The position numbers and the translations under genes are program-made. Below, piece after piece: positions 48,632 to 58,366 of a stretch of 64,000 nt of DNA; position 1 is the first letter of the stretch, and each line of letters opens with the position of its first letter. A model generated the notes under the pieces. It was not told where the DNA came from, searched no databases, and saw nothing but the letters and a program-made list of their open reading frames with translations. Where the stretch lies: the sequence record LT598654.1, one strand, 5' to 3'.

Positions 48632-49180
48632 TTACTCTGCTTTAGGTTCAGGGTCGAACCTGTTGCAGGTTAACGCACGGCATAATTCTCGGATAGGAAC
48701 TTGGTAGCCGCTAGGGGTATGGGTTTCTATGCAATTGTGTTTTCGAATAACAGGTTTAGCACGGATTAGTAGTCCAGCCCTGAACAAAACATCGAGGTGT
48801 TGAGCAACAGTGTCAAAGCTAAGCTGTATGTTGTACATTGACTTAACTTTGCGAATCACTTGGTACTTGGTAAGTGTCTTGCTGAGGGAATTTCGATTGA
48901 GCATATTGTAGTTGACTACAGTACCACGACTATAACGTACCAAAAACTGAGAAACATTATAGTCAAGAGCACAGATTGCTTTCCATATCTTAACAGAAGT
49001 TTTACTGGTGTCTGGATAAGAAATACAGTACAGGTCTGTGAACGCAATCAACGCCAAACTGTGACGCTTAAGGTTGTAGTCGATTGTGGTTACACAATCA
49101 ACGAGACTGACCAGCACAGAGTGGTCAGGCTCTATAGACTTAGTGAGAGTGGTTTGGGTCATCGCAGCCACATTCATCAT
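48632..49180 (-). CDS. Hypothetical protein, possible C-terminal winged helix
   Basis: SFDTVAQHLDVLFRAGLLIR. Start uncertain (49180, 49177 or 49162). Confidence 0.6.
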   Translation of the reverse strand: MMNVAAMTQTTLTKSIEPDHSVLVSLVDCVTTIDYNLKRHSLALIAFTDLYCISYPDTSKTSVKIWKAICALDYNVSQFLVRYSRGTVVNYNMLNRNSLSKTLTKYQVIRKVKSMYNIQLSFDTVAQHLDVLFRAGLLIRAKPVIRKHNCIETHTPSGYQVPIRELCRALTCNRFDPEPKAE

Positions 49181-49790
49181 CCTCTAAATCGAATTCACCA
49201 TCATCTGGAAAGTCTAAAGGCATTTCCAGTGCGAAAGGGATGTAGTGAGGATTAGGTGCATACTCACCCGTTTCAGAATTGACTTCAAACCAACCCCAAG
49301 ACTCCAGTTGAATGCACACACGCTTAACAGTAGACGGAGTACCTTTCCATTTGAAAAGGTTCTTCATACGACGATAAAGAATACCAGGAGAAGCATAGAT
49401 AACTTCCATATCTTGCATAAACGCATTGATATAATTGGAACTATCTTTTGCAGCTTCCAGCAGGTCTTTATCTACCTTCGCCTCTTCATCAGTGCGAAGA
49501 AGGTGCAGGATATTACCAATGTTACTGCAACGATCAAGCTCGTCCATGTAAGTTGTATAGTTAATATCCAACGCAGCTAAGGTAAGCAATTCGAAAGTCT
49601 CACGGAACTTGGCATCACGATAAGTAAAACCCGGAACCAAAACAGTCTGCTGCAACAGACTAAAGAAGTGCGTAACATTCTGCTTGATCAGAGGCTCTGC
49701 TTCTGCTACAGACTTGGCAGCATCGGTAGCAGCAACAATACTTAATGCTTCGTCAGCATTGGCAGGAGTTTGAGTTTGAATAGGTTCCAT
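49140..49790 (-). CDS. Hypothetical protein, possible C-terminal winged helix and acidic tail
   Basis: TPSTVKRVCIQLESWGWFEV. Confidence 0.65.
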   Translation of the reverse strand: MEPIQTQTPANADEALSIVAATDAAKSVAEAEPLIKQNVTHFFSLLQQTVLVPGFTYRDAKFRETFELLTLAALDINYTTYMDELDRCSNIGNILHLLRTDEEAKVDKDLLEAAKDSSNYINAFMQDMEVIYASPGILYRRMKNLFKWKGTPSTVKRVCIQLESWGWFEVNSETGEYAPNPHYIPFALEMPLDFPDDGEFDLEDDECGCDDPNHSH

Positions 49791-50762
49791 TTAACTTACC
49801 TTCTTTTTCTTGAGTCTACGACGCTTAGGTTTGGTGGTCTCTTTCTCTTTGGTTTTCTTAGCAGGTTTAGCTGCCGGTTTCTTTTTAGCTAAGGCTTTCT
49901 GTTCTTCGGCAGCTTTCTTCGCTGCACGTTTCTCTTTAGCCTGTCGCTGAAAATCTTTTATGGTAACACCTTGTTGATCACTGTACAGGCTTTCATTGTC
50001 GATAACCTTAACAATGTAGTTCAGGTCGTAAGCCTGCATACCAACTTTATTACCGATAGCTTCGTAGCTGAACGCTTTACCTGATTCTTTGGCTTCGCGT
50101 ATCATAGCACAAGCATCCTGCGCTTTCTTACCTACGTCACTAAGCAAGAGTTCGCGGAATTTATCCTGCTTATATTTGGTTAGGTCTAAGTCACCGCGCA
50201 ACTTTAAGAACATACGCTCCAAAGTATCGGCATCATGACCTTGATAAATCCAATTACAGATAGCGAAGGTAACAGGCTTCTGCATGGTTGAAGACTTCAA
50301 GGTATAAATGATAGTCATCAAAGGCATCAGGATTGTACCAACCGATTTAGTACGGTCGAGAACTTTGGACATATAGTTTTCTTTGTCACGAGAAACAGCA
50401 CCCGGTTCTGCAACAAATTGTTCGGTACGCCATTCAGTCATCAAGTATTTGATACCAGGCATTTCAGGATTGTTTTTAAAGTCCAGCCAAATACTATTGG
50501 TAAACTCTGCACATCGGAAGCAAGGAGCAAACACGTAAAAGCTGTGATGCTTAAATGCTGAGTGCGATAGCAATTCAAAGTTACGACGTAGATCACGGTA
50601 GGAGATAAAAACAATGTTGCGGGATTTCTTTGCAACTGATGTTTTTAATTTTGCTCCGAACGAAACCAAATGAAACTCAGAAGGGTGCATATCATAGGTA
50701 TCATGTGCCCAACTGAGGAATTGTTCTGGCGAATGGTTCGCAATACATAACAAGCGAGACAT
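49791..50762 (-). CDS. Hypothetical protein with a polybasic C-terminal tail (possible degenerate clamp-loader subunit)
   Basis: Alpha/beta N-terminus then helical. The function is speculative. Confidence 0.6.
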   Translation of the reverse strand: MSRLLCIANHSPEQFLSWAHDTYDMHPSEFHLVSFGAKLKTSVAKKSRNIVFISYRDLRRNFELLSHSAFKHHSFYVFAPCFRCAEFTNSIWLDFKNNPEMPGIKYLMTEWRTEQFVAEPGAVSRDKENYMSKVLDRTKSVGTILMPLMTIIYTLKSSTMQKPVTFAICNWIYQGHDADTLERMFLKLRGDLDLTKYKQDKFRELLLSDVGKKAQDACAMIREAKESGKAFSYEAIGNKVGMQAYDLNYIVKVIDNESLYSDQQGVTIKDFQRQAKEKRAAKKAAEEQKALAKKKPAAKPAKKTKEKETTKPKRRRLKKKKVS

Positions 50763-51721
50763 TAAGACTCCTGTTCAGTTATTCTTATACTCTTTTTACT
50801 ATTTACACTTTCGCTCATTCTAGTTTTAAAGAGTTCCTGCAGGTCATCAGGCAGTATCTTGGTGCTAGTAGTGAATCCACCTACATAAAGACTACCGCCT
50901 CCCTCCATGAGTTCAGAGATTTTACCTGCGTGTAGTTTACTTTCTGGAAGTGTGCGAACAGACCAATAACGTTTATTGCCTGTGTCGGTATAACTAAGAG
51001 CAATACCGCACTTACTAGCAAGGATAGTTAAACAACCTTCGACAAAAGTTTTAGGTATGTTTAATATTGGAACCTGCTTGTCCAGAATATCGTAGTACTC
51101 AGCCCGGTTGTTGTACGAGTTAACTAGGCTTTCAATAAACTTGTAGTAATGGTGACCGTCGTTGATCAGCTTTGCTACAGATTCAGTATTACGAAGGCGC
51201 TCCAAGTTGTTTTGGAAGAAAGTATTCAAACTGATAAAATCAAAGTGAACACTAAGACCCATACAAATAAAATATGAATTAGGTACAGTTGGGTTGGACT
51301 GCCTTACCTGCATATCTTCAATAGCCAAAAACAACTGAGGCACAGGCTGGTCATCTACAAAGTGAGACCATGCCAAACAACAGCTGGCTCTGTTTGAACT
51401 GTGAATGACCTCAAGTTTTTTACGAATACTCGGGTCAAAGGATTCAGCGATATGCTTTGTACCTGGATGGTGATCAATAAAGTAAACTTTATCAGCCGAG
51501 TATACCAGAGTATCAAGATTACGCATAGCGATAGACAGTCCGATTATATAGACTGTCTTGCCCGAAACATCATAGGTATGTAGGTTTTCAAGTGTACAAT
51601 AATCAACACCTTCGTAGTGAGCACTGTTTTGGAAAATCTTCCAAGCAGCGTATGCTCCTGCTTTTCCATTAAGAGTACCTTCGTGGAAGAACACTATGAT
51701 TTCTTTATTGAGCTTTCTCAT
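50762..51721 (-). CDS. DHH-family phosphoesterase (partly degenerate)
   Basis: FIDHH, SRWSVR-type motif (YWSVR), GGG in DHHA1. Motif I reads HEGTLNG. Confidence 0.75.
   Translation of the reverse strand: MRKLNKEIIVFFHEGTLNGKAGAYAAWKIFQNSAHYEGVDYCTLENLHTYDVSGKTVYIIGLSIAMRNLDTLVYSADKVYFIDHHPGTKHIAESFDPSIRKKLEVIHSSNRASCCLAWSHFVDDQPVPQLFLAIEDMQVRQSNPTVPNSYFICMGLSVHFDFISLNTFFQNNLERLRNTESVAKLINDGHHYYKFIESLVNSYNNRAEYYDILDKQVPILNIPKTFVEGCLTILASKCGIALSYTDTGNKRYWSVRTLPESKLHAGKISELMEGGGSLYVGGFTTSTKILPDDLQELFKTRMSESVNSKKSIRITEQES
50800..50811 (-). promoter_or_regulatory. Candidate promoter box AAAGTGTAAATA
   Basis: Within the 3' end of the DHH gene, 37 nt upstream of the ATG at 50762. Confidence 0.45.
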
Positions 51722-54164
51722 GGGTCTTACCTGAGTTGATAGAACTTACCCCATTCCGCTTTTCAATTGTCCACAATTCACACTCACTGAAAATATCAGT
51801 AGACTTAGGTGTAATCCAAAATATGTGAGGAACAAGTGAACGGAGTTTAGGAATAAATTCTTTTGCTAAGTGTTCACGTACAGCATCACTACAAGCACTA
51901 TCAGGTTCATCCAGTATCATAAAGTTGGTTCTGCGATTAGCAGGAACAAGCGGTAGAATACTGATAGCGAAAAGTAATCTAAAGCAATTAGTTTCCGCAC
52001 CTGAGAGTTTTGATATGTCACTTGAAAGTCCGTTCTTCCTGGTGACCACGGCATCAATTCCCTGAGTACCTGCATCTAACTTAAATACCATTGTCTCAGG
52101 AAATACCATATGACTAAAGTTGTTTAGGTTAGCTTCTATTATTTTTAGTATTTTGGTTGCTTGTCGTAGTTTAAGGTTTGTATTGCCGAATGCACCGTAG
52201 AGAGTTTCGACAATCTTTTTCTCCTCAATTATAGGACGCGACTTAGATAGCTTTGCATCTAATTCGTGCTTCTGTTCAGTGAGCAGAGACCAATTACTCT
52301 TTGCACTTTCCAACGCAACAAGTTTTGAACTCTGTTCTTTTGAGGATGCGTTTAACTCCGAAATACTATCTTCGTATTCGGAGATTGAAGAATCCATATC
52401 AGCCAAATGTGTTTTGAGTTTAGCGCCTGCTTTTTTGTATTCAAGCTTAACGCAAAGGCTTTTAATGGATTTCAATTCGTCTTTACCAATAGAGGTAATA
52501 GACTTGAATAACTGACTAAGACGATCAAACTGTTTGAAGTAATCATATATATCTTCGATAAGCTTATCTACGGTTTCTGAATTCAAGTCAGGATAGTTAA
52601 GCTTACCTTTTGGAGACACGGGTACTGTGATGGAGTCAAGCTTAATGTCGATTTCATCGAGACTAGATACAATCTCCTCCAATTCAGAAAGCTTTTTACT
52701 TTCCTTCTTGAGGTTCTCGCGCATGACATTCAAGGCTTCCAATTCTTTTTCAAGCTTGGTAGTATCCGTAATAGACTCTTGCAATTCATTGTAAGCATGT
52801 ACCAGTTTCTGCGCCTGTTTTAATTGCTTCAACTTAGGTAAACGCTTTTCAGCTTTCTTAGCCTGAGTTTTGAGTTTTGCCTGGTTAATCTTCTGATTAC
52901 ACGTAGGACATTCTGAATGGTCTTCAAGCTCTTGGTAAAGTTCAATAACAGTACTGAGCATAGACATTTCATCAGACACATCAGTATCCAGATCAACATC
53001 AGTAACCTTTTTAAACCCGAAGCTTTTTAGTTTATCTAAAATACCATCTGCTTCGTCTATAGTTTCAATCTGCTCCTCAAGCTTTGCGCTGAGTTTGGAA
53101 TAATCTGATTTAACTTTGGAAAAGGCTTCGTCTATTTCACGTAATGCCTTGCGGATTAATTTAACACCTAATGACTTCTGTTTCTTTGGAAGTTTAAGTG
53201 CCTTAACTTCGGCTAGCAGGTCTTTCTTGGTAGCATTTAACTTAGCGACTTTCTTCTTGTGGTCGGCAACTGCTTGCTCATAGTCCTCAAGCTTAGTACC
53301 TAAGATCAAGTCGGCTTCCAATTCTTTTTCCAGCACATGAATATCGGAGTTATACTTGGTCAAAGGCTTAGATGCTTTAGCCAAAAACTTTAGGGCTTTA
53401 ACCAATTTATCTAGTGCTTTGAAGTCACTCTTGGCATCATTAAGTTCTTGGTAAAGCTGTTCCAGTTTACTGCTTGCTGCTTCTGCTTTAGCACGTAGAG
53501 ATTTTAATTCTTTGTTTTTCTTTGCAGACCAACCTGTTTTACCTAAGCTACGCTCAACACTATCCAACTGAGCAGAAAGAGAACCGAATTCAATTTCTTT
53601 TTCTTTAATTGCTTGCTTGCGCTTGCTAAAGTAGGCTCGAATCTGATCATAAAAATGCAGGTCAAACAGATTAGTAATAAAGTTCAAGCGTTCACTCGGT
53701 TTCGCTTTTTGGAAATCACAAGGTCGTTGAGATTGAATGTACGCAGTGGTATAGAATTCTTCTTGTCGAAGTGTCCAGTGGTCTCCGAAGATACCTCTTG
53801 CTATATCACCTTTTTGTGCTTTCTGGTCTTCACCATCCAAGAACACTTTATATTTAGCGCCGATTTGGTCTAGCTGAACATGCTTACCTTCATTAGATAA
53901 GAAGTCTATTGCAATACTAGAACCTTTTGTTCCGTGTAAATCTTTTTTGTTTTTCTTTGTTAGCGATAGAGGGTCAGCTTCATACGCAGCAGTAGGCAAT
54001 GCAGACCAAAACAAACTTTTACCAGCACCGTTTGAGTTGTTCGCAATGTTACTGTCATGGTTGATACCATTTACTACTACGAAGCCGTTGTTTTCCTCTA
54101 CAGCTACAGTGGCGTCCTTAAAGCTAACAACGTTCTTTAAGGTAATGCCTTTAAGGCGTATCAT
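51705..54164 (-). CDS. sbcC: SbcC/Rad50-family SMC ATPase
   Basis: NGAGKS Walker A, coiled coils, CPTC hook, LSGAE signature, LDEPD. Confidence 0.92.
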   Translation of the reverse strand: MIRLKGITLKNVVSFKDATVAVEENNGFVVVNGINHDSNIANNSNGAGKSLFWSALPTAAYEADPLSLTKKNKKDLHGTKGSSIAIDFLSNEGKHVQLDQIGAKYKVFLDGEDQKAQKGDIARGIFGDHWTLRQEEFYTTAYIQSQRPCDFQKAKPSERLNFITNLFDLHFYDQIRAYFSKRKQAIKEKEIEFGSLSAQLDSVERSLGKTGWSAKKNKELKSLRAKAEAASSKLEQLYQELNDAKSDFKALDKLVKALKFLAKASKPLTKYNSDIHVLEKELEADLILGTKLEDYEQAVADHKKKVAKLNATKKDLLAEVKALKLPKKQKSLGVKLIRKALREIDEAFSKVKSDYSKLSAKLEEQIETIDEADGILDKLKSFGFKKVTDVDLDTDVSDEMSMLSTVIELYQELEDHSECPTCNQKINQAKLKTQAKKAEKRLPKLKQLKQAQKLVHAYNELQESITDTTKLEKELEALNVMRENLKKESKKLSELEEIVSSLDEIDIKLDSITVPVSPKGKLNYPDLNSETVDKLIEDIYDYFKQFDRLSQLFKSITSIGKDELKSIKSLCVKLEYKKAGAKLKTHLADMDSSISEYEDSISELNASSKEQSSKLVALESAKSNWSLLTEQKHELDAKLSKSRPIIEEKKIVETLYGAFGNTNLKLRQATKILKIIEANLNNFSHMVFPETMVFKLDAGTQGIDAVVTRKNGLSSDISKLSGAETNCFRLLFAISILPLVPANRRTNFMILDEPDSACSDAVREHLAKEFIPKLRSLVPHIFWITPKSTDIFSECELWTIEKRNGVSSINSGKTHEKAQ

Positions 54165-54640
54165 TGTCCTAGCAGTATTCCTAAATGTGATCTAAAGGCG
54201 TTTGTGGTGGCATTAAAATGAGCGTAGGCATTTGTTACCAGCTTGTGTGCTCGATGCTCTAATCGGTATACAAACTCGCGCAACTCACTTGCATCGTACC
54301 CGTCATACTCTGACTGGGTGCATTGGTATTCAGAAGTACGACAATAGATAGGTACGCCGTTTACTGTATCCTGGATAGTAGGTAAATCGAACTCCGCAAA
54401 AACTGATCCATTGTCCGCGTATACACAGCAGTTAAGAAATACTTTAGAGCGCAGGGAAAACAAACTAGGATTCGTGAGTACACTATCCTGTTTCAAGTTA
54501 CGCAGATTAGGAGAGCCTGCGATTTTTTTAATATGTTCTTCCAACTCACCCGCATCATTTGTCAATCGTTCAAACTGAATGCCAACATCGGAATGTATTG
54601 AATACCGGTAGTCAAAAGCGTAGACGTAGAATTGCCTCAT
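54161..54640 (-). CDS. Hypothetical protein
   Basis: ATGA overlaps with both neighbours. Confidence 0.7.
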   Translation of the reverse strand: MRQFYVYAFDYRYSIHSDVGIQFERLTNDAGELEEHIKKIAGSPNLRNLKQDSVLTNPSLFSLRSKVFLNCCVYADNGSVFAEFDLPTIQDTVNGVPIYCRTSEYQCTQSEYDGYDASELREFVYRLEHRAHKLVTNAYAHFNATTNAFRSHLGILLGQ

Positions 54641-55329
54641 AAGGTTTGAGTCTCGTAATCTTCTCTAACAAGGTAGTGAATAGGTTCTATGTACGCGGCA
54701 TACGTAGCACGTAAGATAGACACCATACCCTCACTAAGTTCAAACCTTGATTTACAGATTTTTAAACTGTTTTCAAACGAACCATCTTTGCTTCGAAGGC
54801 TACTTGCAGCCCAGTCACACATCATTTCAATAACATCGATAAGAGTCATTGAACTTACACCATCTTCATAATGCTCAGGGTGGTGACGGTTGTGGGCATA
54901 GTGATTATCCAACGCAGGTTTCAAACCTACCAAGAACTGGTTGTATTCCTCACTGCCAAACTTTGCAGTCTTTAACTTAGGTGTATACTCAGTGAAAAGT
55001 TCTACCTCAACGGAACCAAGTTTAGACTGGTCATGCGTTAACATACGTTGCATCATAACACTGGCAATAAGGGTAGGTGACGGTGTATTGAATTCACTAC
55101 GAGTGTTATGTACAACACTCAATAAGTCGCTAGGTAACGAAACACGTATTCCATTCTTGGAAGAACAGGCAGCAAGAAGACTGATTAAAGTGGAATCCTG
55201 AGGCTCTGGCATAGTGGTGTCTACAGCAATCAGGTATCCATGAATACAAGCTGCGATAAAACGTTGAACATGCCAAATATGTTGGTAAGTATCAAAGCCA
55301 ACCGCTTTTTGCTCTGGGGTATATTCCAT
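54637..55329 (-). CDS. DUF5662-like HD-type protein
   Basis: THDQSKL, HYAHNRHHPEHY, DVIEMMCDW.A.S.R. Confidence 0.75.
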   Translation of the reverse strand: MEYTPEQKAVGFDTYQHIWHVQRFIAACIHGYLIAVDTTMPEPQDSTLISLLAACSSKNGIRVSLPSDLLSVVHNTRSEFNTPSPTLIASVMMQRMLTHDQSKLGSVEVELFTEYTPKLKTAKFGSEEYNQFLVGLKPALDNHYAHNRHHPEHYEDGVSSMTLIDVIEMMCDWAASSLRSKDGSFENSLKICKSRFELSEGMVSILRATYAAYIEPIHYLVREDYETQTL

Positions 55330-55330
55330 T

Positions 55331-55903
55331 TTAATCTCCGTTTGGTAAAAGAGTCATATCGATCTGTTTATTGGTTATGTTGCTGTCCCGTATCGATACG
55401 AGTTTAACAATGTGGCGTATAACAATATTGATTTCAGAAAGAAGGCTAGTGCATGTTTTGTGCACACGGTCACTGTTAATAGAACTTAAGGTATATTGAG
55501 GAGAATCAGGTTGGTCACTGACCAAGCACAACGTTGTGTTTTCCAAATCTAAAAGAAAGGCAACACTCTGTTTGTATATACTGTGGAGAGAGTCTTTATC
55601 AATTCCGTTGGAATCAAAGTTGCTGATACCGACACCTAAAGAAAGAAGTATTCTATGAATACCTAGACCTCTTTGGTAATTAGGAGAGACCATCTTTTCT
55701 TTGTTTAGGTCAGTTACTACTTGTCTGAATTGACTGAGTGCATTACTAAAGGCATCTTCCACTTCGTATACGGATTTTCCTTCGGTGTTTAAATCAATAT
55801 CAATTTCAATGGGTGATAGTTCGAAAAATTCGACCTCTTCCAAAACATCATCAAGGCGTTTCTCGATTTCCATCAACTGGGATGTGAGTGTTTTGAATTC
55901 CAT
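55331..55903 (-). CDS. Hypothetical protein
   Basis: AGGA RBS, co-oriented. Confidence 0.7.
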   Translation of the reverse strand: MEFKTLTSQLMEIEKRLDDVLEEVEFFELSPIEIDIDLNTEGKSVYEVEDAFSNALSQFRQVVTDLNKEKMVSPNYQRGLGIHRILLSLGVGISNFDSNGIDKDSLHSIYKQSVAFLLDLENTTLCLVSDQPDSPQYTLSSINSDRVHKTCTSLLSEINIVIRHIVKLVSIRDSNITNKQIDMTLLPNGD

Positions 55904-55917
55904 GGGTTTCCTGTAAT

Positions 55918-55957
55918 GTGTAGATGCCTACCAACTATAAATTATAGACACCTACAC
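55918..55957 (-). promoter_or_regulatory. 14-bp intergenic RNA stem-loop containing TATAAT
   Basis: GTGTAGGTGTCTAT pairs with GTAGGCATCTACAC, with G-U pairs only on the minus strand. Confidence 0.5.
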
Positions 55958-55966
55958 CTTAGCGTA

Positions 55967-56602
55967 TTATTCTACGTCAGACCATTTGTAGTTAGGGAAG
56001 TCTGCAAAAGTCAAACCACCTGTAATCGACGACAGAACAGATTCTAAGTCAGGCGCTGGATGGTCCGCAGGTTTAACCAGTTTACCATCTTCACGGAAGT
56101 AATGACCCGGCTTGAACTTGTTCAGGTTGTTGTAATCGGTAGGTGCTTCGAAAGGAGCAAGAGGGATACCAAGAAGTGAAGCAGTACCCTTAGCGATTAC
56201 GCTATCGTCACAAAGACCGTCGATGATTTCTTTGAGGTTAACTTCACCGTCGGCAGCGAAAGATAAACAATCGGTACCTGCAATTGAAATGTTAGTATCA
56301 CTGGGTTGTCCTTCTGCAAGACGAACACCAACACCAAGACCGCGAATCAATTCCAGGACTTCTTCGAGTTGTAACTTGGCACGAAGGATAGCTTGTGCTT
56401 TAGTCAACTTGTTGGTAACGGTGTGGTTAACATGTTGCAGAGGTTGGTGTTCTGCGCACTCTGCACAAAATGCAGTTACACGTAGTTGGTGTTCAGACAT
56501 GGTAGCAAGTGAAGACTCGCCGAGTGTCGTAGAGTAAGCGCGGACGAATTCCGCAGCATCAAAGACATATTCCGTAGCATCTAAGTTTTTAGTGGTACTC
56601 AT
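55967..56602 (-). CDS. MazG-like/PRA-PH nucleoside-triphosphate pyrophosphohydrolase
   Basis: LRAKLQLEEVLEL, EIIDGLCD, NNLNKF...REDGKLVKP..PDL. Confidence 0.8.
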   Translation of the reverse strand: MSTTKNLDATEYVFDAAEFVRAYSTTLGESSLATMSEHQLRVTAFCAECAEHQPLQHVNHTVTNKLTKAQAILRAKLQLEEVLELIRGLGVGVRLAEGQPSDTNISIAGTDCLSFAADGEVNLKEIIDGLCDDSVIAKGTASLLGIPLAPFEAPTDYNNLNKFKPGHYFREDGKLVKPADHPAPDLESVLSSITGGLTFADFPNYKWSDVE

Positions 56603-56611
56603 TGTATTTCC

Positions 56612-56830
56612 TTAAAAGTGTTCCGTGCCATCATCAGCGTTGGCTTCGGAGTTAAAAGATTGGTTACGTATCCAAGCAACTGCTTCTTCAATAGAAGCGC
56701 CATTGTTATAGCAAGCCAGTATATGATCTTGTAGCAATTTTGTCCATGAGTTCTGCGTCATTAGGAACATGGAGTTTGGAGGGTATGCTGGTGTTAGCAA
56801 ATTCGTGAACACTCTTAGCACTAGGTGCAT
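56612..56830 (-). CDS. Hypothetical protein (72 aa)
   Basis: Fills a gap; start uncertain. Confidence 0.45.
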   Translation of the reverse strand: MHLVLRVFTNLLTPAYPPNSMFLMTQNSWTKLLQDHILACYNNGASIEEAVAWIRNQSFNSEANADDGTEHF

Positions 56831-56848
56831 GTAAATCGGTTTTGTCCA

Positions 56849-57067
56849 TTACAGAGTTTTCCTTATGCTCAGCATTTCAGTAGCTATTGCATAGGCTTGT
56901 TTAACAATCTGACCAGGTGTACGTGAATAAGTACCCACACCTTCTTCATCAGGATTGTTGCCTAACATAGAAGCAATAATCTGTGCAGCAAGTTGGTCAC
57001 GCAAGGCAACCAGGTCTGCATCACTTTGATTAGCAATAACGGCATCTAAATTGGCTTGAGTTAACAT
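56849..57067 (-). CDS. Hypothetical protein (72 aa)
   Basis: RDQLAAQIIASML...AYAIATEML pattern common in small phage proteins. Confidence 0.7.
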   Translation of the reverse strand: MLTQANLDAVIANQSDADLVALRDQLAAQIIASMLGNNPDEEGVGTYSRTPGQIVKQAYAIATEMLSIRKTL

Positions 57068-57073
57068 AATGAC

Positions 57074-58366
57074 CTACTTTTTCTTTTTGGGTTTAGACAT
57101 ATCCAACAAACCGCTGAATACATCGTCGATTACCAACTCACTGAGTTGAAGCATAGAGTAACGTTCACTTCGGATTGCAGGTACAGTCAGTATTGTGTGC
57201 TCGATCTGTTGAAGACAGTGCGCAATCTTCATTACCAACGCAAGGCTAACATTAATCTTAACCTTTTCTTTTGCTTCCAACTTCTTCTTGGCTTCAAAGT
57301 AATACTTACCGTTGTAAGGTACGTACTTGACTGCACCTGCGCTGTACTTGATCAACCAATCAGTAAGGTTTAATGCGCGTCGAACCAACTGGGTAGCATC
57401 TTTACTTTGGTCAATGATACCAACAATGCTTTCCAAATCTTGGTTAAGAGTATACAAGAACAAACTAACTGCTAACTTGTCTAACTCAGCACCCGCGGTT
57501 TTGTCCTGCAACGAGATAACTGAATCGTCATCGAAGTCGGCATCACCACTGTTAATAGCACTAAGCAAACCATCCAATAGAGTGAGAGCTTGACGTACCT
57601 GACCTTCGGAAAAATCAGCGATAGTGTACAAAGCACCTTCAACGTTCTTCTTGTTCTTTTTGTTTACTTCAATACCTTCTTGATCAAGAACATGGTAAAG
57701 ACGTTCAACGATTAACTCGCTAGGTACTTTACGTAGATTAAGAACTTGGCATCGGTTCTGAACAGTAGACTTGATCTTGGCAAGGTCTGTAGTACACAGA
57801 ATCCACATAGTACCAGGAGTTGGTTCTTCTAGTGGAATAAGCAAAGCTTCCAGCGCCTTACCTGACAACAAGTGGACTTCATCGATGATATAGATACGGC
57901 GGCGATAAGTTGGAGCAAACATGGTAGTGCTGATCAACTTACGGATTTCTTCAACAGTAGAGAACTCTCCACTGTTACGGTACACAACATCAGGTAAATC
58001 TTTCTTGTACTGGCAGAAGCTACACTTACCACAGCTAGACATAGTTTCGCAGTTGACGTAACGCGCTATCATACGAGCAAGTGTTGTTTTACCGCTACCA
58101 GTCTCACCTTCGATAAGAATAGATTGAGGGAACTGTTTCTTTTTAATCCAGCCTTTAAGCTTCTTAACTGCCGCCTCTTGACCAACAAACCCGTCCAGGT
58201 TGTGAGGTCTGTAGACAGCACCTAGATTTCGAGTAACCAGATCACCGTTTTCGTCTTCAACCATATCCGGTTTTGCAGAAACCTTAGATTTCTTAGCTTT
58301 GCGCTTGACTTCGGTTTTGCCAGATTTAGTGCGCTTGGTCTTGCGCTTTTCTTTACTAGTTGCCAT
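57074..58366 (-). CDS. dnaX: Clamp-loader ATPase, DNA polymerase III gamma/tau-like
   Basis: YRPHNL, GETGSGKTT, CGKCSFC, IIDEVH, LEEP, TVQNRC, GQVRQA. Confidence 0.9.
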   Translation of the reverse strand: MATSKEKRKTKRTKSGKTEVKRKAKKSKVSAKPDMVEDENGDLVTRNLGAVYRPHNLDGFVGQEAAVKKLKGWIKKKQFPQSILIEGETGSGKTTLARMIARYVNCETMSSCGKCSFCQYKKDLPDVVYRNSGEFSTVEEIRKLISTTMFAPTYRRRIYIIDEVHLLSGKALEALLIPLEEPTPGTMWILCTTDLAKIKSTVQNRCQVLNLRKVPSELIVERLYHVLDQEGIEVNKKNKKNVEGALYTIADFSEGQVRQALTLLDGLLSAINSGDADFDDDSVISLQDKTAGAELDKLAVSLFLYTLNQDLESIVGIIDQSKDATQLVRRALNLTDWLIKYSAGAVKYVPYNGKYYFEAKKKLEAKEKVKINVSLALVMKIAHCLQQIEHTILTVPAIRSERYSMLQLSELVIDDVFSGLLDMSKPKKKK

